Origin: Ruthenibacterium lactatiformans
GTDB taxonomy: Bacteria > Actinomycetota > Coriobacteriia > Coriobacteriales > QAMH01
Assembly (NCBI GenBank): GCA_963614215.1
Contig: CAVECB010000004.1
Coordinates: forward strand, 26,222 to 90,221
Direction of reading: 5' to 3'
Length of the DNA stretch: 64,000 nt
This document shows, in pieces, positions 57,958 to 64,000 of this stretch. The stretch's first letter is position 1. Each line of letters begins with the position of its first letter. The notes under the pieces were generated by a model that saw only the letters and a program-made list of their open reading frames with translations, was not told the DNA's origin and searched no databases. The position numbers and the translations under genes were made by a program.

Positions 57958-59025
57958 ATGAAGCAGGCTGCTACTTCCGCTTCTCGCGCACGGCGCATAT
58001 GCCTGGCCTTTGCCACGGCCACGCTCTTGCTGTCCCTTTTGCTGTGTGCGCTCTGCCCCGCGTCCGCGTTTGCGACCCCTGCGGGCACCTCGCAAGCATC
58101 GTCGGGCACCGCCGCCGCAAACGGCAGCACTTCCTCTTCTTCGAGCACCAGCCTTTTCTCTGCGCTGTCTGCACTTTCCAAAGACGAGATATCGGCGCTT
58201 TCGGCTTCCGGCCAGCAGGCCGCCTTGGTCGAGCTGCCGCGCACGAGCATGGTCTTCAAGATATCGGGCGACACGCCTTTCGAGTATCCCGTCTTTACCT
58301 TCTCGCTGAAGGCGGACAAAGCGGGCAGCCCCATGCCCGCCGACGCAAGCGGCATGGTGAAGACCTGCACCCTGCAAGGTGCGGGCGCTGTCGATTTCGG
58401 CTCCGTTTCCGTGGAAAAACCGGGCGTCTACACCTATACGATCTCGCAAGAGCCGGTTGCGGATGCCGCGTGGAACTGCGACACGTCCGTCTATGAGCTA
58501 AAGATCGTCGTCACGCAAAAAGACGACGGCCTGTCGGCGACCAAGACCTTGGCAAAAGACGGCCAGCAACAAGATGAGGCCGCCTTCGTCAACTCCTATC
58601 GCCTGCCCGCAAACACTGCGCAGCCCGCAGACGCATCTGAGGAAACGGGCGCCCAAGACGAGGCGGCCTTCCAGGATCGCAGCGTCGAGGTGGGGCCTTT
58701 GACGCTCGAAGAAGAAGAGGCGCTTGTCGAAGCCGAGGCAAAAGACGATGCACAATCTATGCAGTCCGGGCAATCGGGGCAGGCAGACGAGGCATCTGCC
58801 TCGGAAAACCAGGGCAGCTCGACCGAGCCGCAGATGCGCCCGCAGCCCGCCGCCGACGGCCTTGCCACCGGCGAGCACGCCTCGGCCCGCACTCCTGTGC
58901 AGGCCACGCCAGAAGCCGACCCGACGCTTGTGGCCGTCGTCGTCACTGCTGCTGTGGCCGCTATCTCCATCGCCGGCGTAGCAGCAGCCACCTTTTTGCG
59001 TACAAGAAAGAAAGAGCAGGCCTGA
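57958..59025 (+). CDS. Secreted surface protein with a Spy0128/FctA-type pilin isopeptide-linkage domain and a C-terminal TM anchor (no LPXTG)
   Basis: Signal peptide MKQAATSASRARRICLAFATATLLLSLLLCALCPASAFA. FTFSLKADKAGSPMP...GAVDFGSVSVEKPGVYTYTISQE...YELKIVVTQKDDGL...AAFVNSY matches the pilin isopeptide domain pattern. C-terminal LVAVVVTAAVAAISIAGVAAATFLRTRKKEQA. Confidence 0.6.
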   Translation: MKQAATSASRARRICLAFATATLLLSLLLCALCPASAFATPAGTSQASSGTAAANGSTSSSSSTSLFSALSALSKDEISALSASGQQAALVELPRTSMVFKISGDTPFEYPVFTFSLKADKAGSPMPADASGMVKTCTLQGAGAVDFGSVSVEKPGVYTYTISQEPVADAAWNCDTSVYELKIVVTQKDDGLSATKTLAKDGQQQDEAAFVNSYRLPANTAQPADASEETGAQDEAAFQDRSVEVGPLTLEEEEALVEAEAKDDAQSMQSGQSGQADEASASENQGSSTEPQMRPQPAADGLATGEHASARTPVQATPEADPTLVAVVVTAAVAAISIAGVAAATFLRTRKKEQA

Positions 59026-59029
59026 CTTT

Positions 59030-60514
59030 ATGTCGCTTAGCGAACACTTCGGAAAATGGCTCGACAATTTCTCCCCGCTCGAAGAAGGCGAGGAGGCCAG
59101 CGCCCGCGCCCTGCACTGGCGCTATGCCAACACGCTCATTACTACGCTTTTGATCGTCAATGTCGTCCTGGTCGTCTTCCAGGCCGCCGTCCAGACCATC
59201 TTGTCGTATCCGAGCCTGCTCGACATGCTAAACGGCGCCCTCAGCGCCCTGAACGCCTTCACCATCGGCTACTACGGGCTTTTCGCCGTCACGGCTGCCT
59301 CGCTTGTCTATCTCTTTGTGCTCGACCGCCGCGGCCGGATTCACCGCGCGCGCATGCTCACCCGCGTCATCGTTGTCTTGCTCGTCGCGGGCTTTCTGGT
59401 CAACATCGTGGTCAATGGCGTTTGCCCCATCATCTTCACCTACCTCTTTCAGTTCGTGTGCGTGATTGCCTACCAGCTCTACAACGACCCGCACCTCGCC
59501 CGCCCGCTGCACTTCAGCAATCCCTTCTCGCGAGACAAAAAAGCCGATCCGGACCCAGACCGCAAGGCCTACATTCCGCTTGACTTCTTCAACATCTTTT
59601 GGATTTTCATCATCGGTTCGTTTGCCGGCCTGTGCATCGAGATGGTGTTTTGCCTGTTCGTGAACAACGTGTGGGAGTGCCGCGCGGGGCTGGTGTTCGC
59701 GCCGCTGTCGCCCATATACGGCACGGGCGCAACACTGCTCACCTTCGCGCTGAACCGCGTGTGGAATAAAAACGCCGCCCTCATCTACGTGATATCGGGC
59801 ATCGTGGGCGCGGCGGTGGAGTTCGGCGTCAGCTGGTACATGGAAACGGCGTTTGGCGTGCTGGCCTGGGACTACAGCGATGAGTTTTTGAACATTCAGG
59901 GGCGCACGGACCTCGCGCATGCGCTGGCCTGGGGCGCGCTCGGCCTGGTTTGGATGCGCATCCTGCTGCCGACCATCTTGCGCACGGCCCGCGCGGTCCC
60001 TCTGCGTTGGCGCGCGCTTGTCACGACGGTGGCGCTCGTGTTTTTCCTGGTCGACGGCATGACGACGCTTGTGGCGCTGGATTGCTGGTCGGCGCGGCAG
60101 GCAGGCGTCCCCGTACAGACAAACGAGCAGAAGTTTTTCGCCGAGCACTTCGACGACAAGTTCATGCGGGAGCGTTTTTCGAATATGGGGATGAGCGCGG
60201 AGAGCGCGGCGCGTGCGCAGGCGAATATGTCGCAGGCTGAAGGGCAGGTGGCAGGCGATTTCTCGGGGTCTGGTGCCAAGATTGAAAACGGGGCGCTCGT
60301 GCCGGCCGATGGTGGCACGTCCGCAGGCGGTGAAGCGTCTGGCGGCGGCGGTGCGTCTGGTGGTGAAACGTCTGGCGGTGCGTCTGGTGGTGAAGCGTCT
60401 GGCGGCGGCGCGGAAAACGGCGGGACAGGCGCTGCAGATGCGACGATAAGTGGCGCGGATGCCGCGAGTAGCAGCGCTTCGGCGGGCGAAGGCACGGGAG
60501 GTGCCGCATCGTAG
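59030..60514 (+). CDS. Polytopic membrane protein with a PF06541-like ('putative ABC-transporter type IV') core and a Gly/Ser/Ala-repeat tail
   Basis: FFNIFWIFIIGSFAGLCIEMVF...GLVFAPLSPIYGTGA...GAAVEFGVSWYME...WDYSD resembles PF06541. The tail is GGEASGGGGASGGETSGGASGGEASGGG, encoded by near-repeats of GGTGAAGCGTCTGGCGG. Confidence 0.65.
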   Translation: MSLSEHFGKWLDNFSPLEEGEEASARALHWRYANTLITTLLIVNVVLVVFQAAVQTILSYPSLLDMLNGALSALNAFTIGYYGLFAVTAASLVYLFVLDRRGRIHRARMLTRVIVVLLVAGFLVNIVVNGVCPIIFTYLFQFVCVIAYQLYNDPHLARPLHFSNPFSRDKKADPDPDRKAYIPLDFFNIFWIFIIGSFAGLCIEMVFCLFVNNVWECRAGLVFAPLSPIYGTGATLLTFALNRVWNKNAALIYVISGIVGAAVEFGVSWYMETAFGVLAWDYSDEFLNIQGRTDLAHALAWGALGLVWMRILLPTILRTARAVPLRWRALVTTVALVFFLVDGMTTLVALDCWSARQAGVPVQTNEQKFFAEHFDDKFMRERFSNMGMSAESAARAQANMSQAEGQVAGDFSGSGAKIENGALVPADGGTSAGGEASGGGGASGGETSGGASGGEASGGGAENGGTGAADATISGADAASSSASAGEGTGGAAS

Positions 60515-60600
60515 CGTGCGGGTGCTACACTTGCACGACGCAAAGGATGGCCGCCGCCTTTGACTCCAAAGGGGCGGCGTCGAAAAAGACGAGGGTGCAT

Positions 60601-61149
60601 ATGGCGATGAAAATCGTGCTTTCCCCCGACGAGAGGCTGCGCCAGGTGTGCGCGCCGGTCGAGGAAGGCGACAAATCCATGAAAAAGCTCGCGAAGCAGA
60701 TGCTCAAGGAGATGTATCGCTGCAATGGTGTGGGTCTGGCCGCGCCGCAGGTGGGCGTTTTGCAGCGCATCGTCGTCATCGACACGGAATACAACGACGA
60801 GGATGAAAACGGGCGCAAGGTGGGACGCAACCCGCATGTGCTGATAAACCCCGAAATCGTCGCGCACTCCAACCGCAAGGTGAAAAGCAAGGAGGGTTGC
60901 CTGTCGTTGCCCGGCATCCAGGTGGAGGTCGAGCGCTGGGAGTGGGTCGAGGTCGAGGCCTACGACGAGGACTTCGACCTCTACAGCTATCGCAGCGGCG
61001 AGCTGTTCGGCTTTTGCATGCAGCACGAGCTGGACCATCTCGACGGCATCACCCTCTTCGAGAAGCTCGACCCCGTTGCGCGCATCGCCGCCCTCGACGC
61101 CTACCACCAGGCGCTTGCCGCGGGCGCGCGCCCGGGCGAGGTGGAGTAG
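60601..61149 (+). CDS. def: Peptide deformylase
   Basis: GVGLAAPQVG, EGCLSLPG and HELDHLDG motifs. Confidence 0.9.
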   Translation: MAMKIVLSPDERLRQVCAPVEEGDKSMKKLAKQMLKEMYRCNGVGLAAPQVGVLQRIVVIDTEYNDEDENGRKVGRNPHVLINPEIVAHSNRKVKSKEGCLSLPGIQVEVERWEWVEVEAYDEDFDLYSYRSGELFGFCMQHELDHLDGITLFEKLDPVARIAALDAYHQALAAGARPGEVE

Positions 61150-61158
61150 GAGGCTGTC

Positions 61159-62088
61159 ATGCGCATCGTCTTCATGGGCACGCCCGCCTTTGCCTTGCCG
61201 GCACTTGATGCGCTGGCACACAGCGCTCACGACCTGGTCTGCGTCTATACGCGTCCCGACGCGGCAAGCGGGCGGGGCAAGGCCTTGCGCCCCTCGCCGG
61301 TGAAGGCGCACGCCGAGGAACTGGGTGTCGAGGTGCGCTGCCCGGCCAGCTTGCGCGACAAAGACGAGCAGGCCGCGCTGGCCGAGCTTGCCTGCGATGT
61401 GGTCGTCGTGGCCGCCTACGGGCTGATACTGCCGCGCGAGGTGCTGGACATCCCGCGCCTGGGATGCGTGAACATCCACGGCTCGCTACTGCCGCGCTGG
61501 CGCGGCGCCGCCCCTGTGCAGCGCGCGGTGCTTGCAGGAGATGCGCAGGTCGGCGCGTGCCTCATGCGTATGGAAGAAGGCCTCGACACGGGCGTTTTCC
61601 ACGAGGCTGGGCGCACGGAGGTGGGCTTGAAGGGCGCCGCCGAACTTTCCGACGAGATTGCGCGCATGGGTGCCGCGGAGCTGGTACGCGCGCTGCCCGC
61701 CATCGAAGATGGCAGCTATGCCTGGGAGCGCCAAGACGACGCGCAGGCGACGTACGCGGAAAAAATCGAGAAAGCCGAGTTGCTGCTCGACCCGGGTCTT
61801 TCTTGTGCGCAGTTCATGCGCCGCGTGCAGGCGTCTGGGCACAGCGCGCCTGCCCGCTGCGTGATATGCGGGCGCGAGACGGCTGTTCTTGCCGCACGTC
61901 CTGCCGACGACACACTCGCGGCAGGCGGGGTCTGCTTGGGCAAGAAGCGCATCGCACTTGGGTGTGCGGATGGCGCCGTCGAGATTTTGCAGGTAAAGCC
62001 GCAGGGCAAGAAGGCTATGGAGGCCAGCGCCTGGGCGGCCGGCCTGTCTGGCGTGCAAGAGCGCTGCTGGCACGGGGTGGGCAAGTAG
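61159..62088 (+). CDS. fmt: Methionyl-tRNA formyltransferase
   Basis: MRIVFMGTPAFALPALDAL and NIHGSLLPRWRGAAPVQRA. Follows def. Confidence 0.9.
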   Translation: MRIVFMGTPAFALPALDALAHSAHDLVCVYTRPDAASGRGKALRPSPVKAHAEELGVEVRCPASLRDKDEQAALAELACDVVVVAAYGLILPREVLDIPRLGCVNIHGSLLPRWRGAAPVQRAVLAGDAQVGACLMRMEEGLDTGVFHEAGRTEVGLKGAAELSDEIARMGAAELVRALPAIEDGSYAWERQDDAQATYAEKIEKAELLLDPGLSCAQFMRRVQASGHSAPARCVICGRETAVLAARPADDTLAAGGVCLGKKRIALGCADGAVEILQVKPQGKKAMEASAWAAGLSGVQERCWHGVGK

Positions 62089-62190
62089 GATCGCAGCGCT
62101 ACCCTTCCCGTTTTCCCATCTTCGCGCCCGCCCTCTCGTTTTCCTACAACGTTTCGTTTCTTCGCATGGCATGCGAAAAAGGAGGATTGC

Positions 62191-63777
62191 ATGGCTAAAA
62201 ACAGGAAATCCAAGGTCACGCACACGCATGCGCAATATTCCAAGCTCACGTACGCGCGTCGTTTCGCATGCGACGTGCTGCGCGCCACGCGCAAGCGCAA
62301 GGGCTACGTGCGCGAAATATTTGCCGCCGAGCGCTACCGGGCGTTCGACGAGGCACTGCGCTCGGAAAAAGACGCGATTCAGGAGTTTTCCTTTGCCGAG
62401 GCGATATGCGTCGGCGTGACGGCGTGCCTGGGCACCCTCGACGAGCTGATCGACCGCAATTTGAACTCCCCGCGCGACATCAAGCCACGGTTGCGCGACG
62501 CGCTGCGCATATCGGCGTGGGAGATGCTTTTTTCCACGCGTGAGGACTATGCGGTGGTGCATCAAGGCGTCGAGCTCGCGCGGCATGTCGCGCCCAGGGC
62601 GGCAGGCCTTGCCAACGCGGTCTTGCGCAAGATGACCTGCGATGCGAAGAGCTTTCCCTGGGGCGACCCGACAGCGGATATGACGGCGCTTGCGCGCAGC
62701 GGCGGGATGCCGCTATGGCTGACGCAGCGCTTCGTGGATGCGTACGGCATCGACACGACGCGCCGGATGCTTTCCGCGCTGCTCCTACCGCCGCCGGTTT
62801 ACACCGTGTACGTGCCCGATATGGATTGTGAAAAGGGCGGCGATGCGTGCGCGGCAGACCATCGCCTGCAGATGCGAGAATCTGCCAAGGCGGCCGCGTG
62901 CGATGAAGAAGGACAAGACCTGCAACTCGAGCTTGCCCTCGAGGCGGCTGCATGCGATGCAAAAGAACAAGACCTGCAGCCCGAGCCTGCAGAAGAAGAC
63001 GACCCCGAGCTGTACAGTCGCCCGTCGTTTGCAAGCGACCTTGCGGCGCAATGCGTGGCCAGCCTCGTGCCGCTTGATGGCAGCGTGCTGGAAATCGGGT
63101 CGGGGCGCGGGACGAAGACGGCGCTCATGCAGGTGCGCTCCCTAAAAGAGCGCGGCCATGGCGCGGACATCCACGCCCTCGACGTCCACGCGTTCAAGCG
63201 CGATATTCTGGAAAAGCGCCTGCAAGACCTAGGCCTGCCGCCCGTGAAGACATATACGGGCGATGGGCGGCGCCTCGACGAAGTGGACGGCCTGCCGCCT
63301 GCTTTCGACGTGGTGTTTTTGGATGCCCCCTGCTCGGGTACTGGCACTTTTCGCCGCCACCCGGAAGGCCGTTGGCGCCTCACCGAAAAAGACGTGAAAA
63401 GCCTCGTGTCGCTGCAAGGCGAGCTGCTGGCCTCTGCCGCCGGCCGCGTCGCGTGCGGCGGTGCGCTTTTCTATTCGACCTGCTCTGTGCTGCCCGAGGA
63501 AAACGAGGAGGTTGTGCGCGAGTTTTTGGACAGCGAAGCCGGCGCCGCCTTCACCTGGTGGGTGCCAGGCGATACCGACCTTCACGCGTCTGGCCGGCAC
63601 GTCATGCGCGAGGGCTTTTTCGACACCCCTCCCGCGCTGTGCACCCTTCCCGTGTCCGGGGAGGCAGACGGCCATTTCGCCGCCGTTCTCGTCCGCAAGA
63701 GAAGCGACGGCTCTTTCAACCCCATCCCCGAGCCGTCGTATGCCGTAAACGACTCTTGGATCGTCTACGAGTTTTGA
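62191..63777 (+). CDS. rsmB: 16S rRNA (cytosine-C5)-methyltransferase RsmB with an acidic repeat insertion
   Basis: NusB-like N-terminal domain. SAM methyltransferase core (LEIGSGRGTKT, FLDAPCSGTGTFRRHPE, LFYSTCSV). Conserved def-fmt-rsmB order. Confidence 0.85.
   Translation: MAKNRKSKVTHTHAQYSKLTYARRFACDVLRATRKRKGYVREIFAAERYRAFDEALRSEKDAIQEFSFAEAICVGVTACLGTLDELIDRNLNSPRDIKPRLRDALRISAWEMLFSTREDYAVVHQGVELARHVAPRAAGLANAVLRKMTCDAKSFPWGDPTADMTALARSGGMPLWLTQRFVDAYGIDTTRRMLSALLLPPPVYTVYVPDMDCEKGGDACAADHRLQMRESAKAAACDEEGQDLQLELALEAAACDAKEQDLQPEPAEEDDPELYSRPSFASDLAAQCVASLVPLDGSVLEIGSGRGTKTALMQVRSLKERGHGADIHALDVHAFKRDILEKRLQDLGLPPVKTYTGDGRRLDEVDGLPPAFDVVFLDAPCSGTGTFRRHPEGRWRLTEKDVKSLVSLQGELLASAAGRVACGGALFYSTCSVLPEENEEVVREFLDSEAGAAFTWWVPGDTDLHASGRHVMREGFFDTPPALCTLPVSGEADGHFAAVLVRKRSDGSFNPIPEPSYAVNDSWIVYEF
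62890..62990 (+). repeat. Two 47-bp imperfect repeats with a 54-bp period inside rsmB
   Basis: 62890-62936 and 62944-62990 encode AAACDEEGQDLQLELA and AAACDAKEQDLQPEPA. Confidence 0.8.
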
Positions 63778-63786
63778 GGCGAGCCT

Positions 63787-64000
63787 TTATCCCACTAGCA
63801 TGGATATGGCATAGATTGCGGCTAGGTGTGCGGGGTAGTAGACGTAGAAGAGGTATTTCATGCGCAGGCGCCCGCGCGTGCCGTCGTAGAAGGCGAGGGG
63901 TACAAGCGCAAGCAGGCTGAACCATTGCACGTGCCAGGCGGGGCTGTCGAGAGACGCGCACAAAAAGACAAGGCCGACGGCAAAGCTGGCGAGCATGAGA
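63787..64000 (-). CDS. TraX-family membrane protein, C-terminal part (gene continues beyond the window)
   Basis: ...KYLFYVYYPAHLAAIYAISMLVG* matches the conserved TraX C-terminal motif (FY.FYP.HL). Confidence 0.55.
   Translation of the reverse strand, partial: LMLASFAVGLVFLCASLDSPAWHVQWFSLLALVPLAFYDGTRGRLRMKYLFYVYYPAHLAAIYAISMLVG

Noticed and set aside
59896-61479. 527-aa minus-strand ORF across the PF06541-like gene, def and fmt
   Set aside because: It is antisense to def and fmt, which have canonical motifs, and it crosses two intergenic gaps, which real genes opposite an operon rarely do.

Overview
High-GC window (about 65% G+C by eye), chromosomal, about 50 protein genes and 2 tRNAs. 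I recognised no rRNA, CRISPR array, transposase or integrase. Gene content suggests an anaerobic Coriobacteriia/Eggerthellaceae-like actinobacterium; this is inferred from multi-TM LuxR regulators, a Tat-less molybdopterin enzyme and OFA/MFS transporters, not from any search. Gene order: (1) dltA 3' end, dltB, dltC, a DltX-like microprotein, dltD. (2) A tight 4-gene cluster: ELP3-like radical-SAM/GNAT, ferredoxin-DUF169, GNAT-MBL fusion, CCG-type Fe-S protein; then nadE. (3) Class I aldolase, malic enzyme, two-subunit class I fumarase, and a convergent NDH-2. (4) A 0.5 kb AT-rich intergenic island. (5) Membrane LuxR regulator 1, an OFA transporter and an AKR. (6) A 2-TM protein, membrane LuxR regulator 2 and htpG as a tight string. 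(7) Divergent from that string, the most interesting locus: a Cys-rich protein, a zinc-ribbon microprotein, a cytoplasmic molybdopterin oxidoreductase, a small Fe-S subunit, a paralogous zinc-ribbon microprotein, an aromatic-acid-type MFS, a zinc-ribbon/TM protein and an AKR-ferredoxin fusion. (8) A methyltransferase-RimI fusion and two trigger-factor-like paralogs. (9) An OFA transporter, a C11 peptidase and a 980-aa lipoprotein next to tRNA-Glu and tRNA-Gln. (10) mfd, canonical tig, and a macro/PARG-like gene divergent from an unknown beta-rich protein. (11) A MacB-type ABC pair, a low-GC tandem AAA+ ATPase, a pilin-isopeptide-domain surface protein and a PF06541-like membrane protein. (12) def, fmt, rsmB and a traX fragment. 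A family of AT-rich boxes (GAGTACTAAA / TTTCATACT / GTAGGGGAGTA) recurs only in the unusual intergenic regions. All functional calls rest on motifs I recognise by eye. Start codons were chosen by RBS and overlap logic and are less certain than the gene calls.
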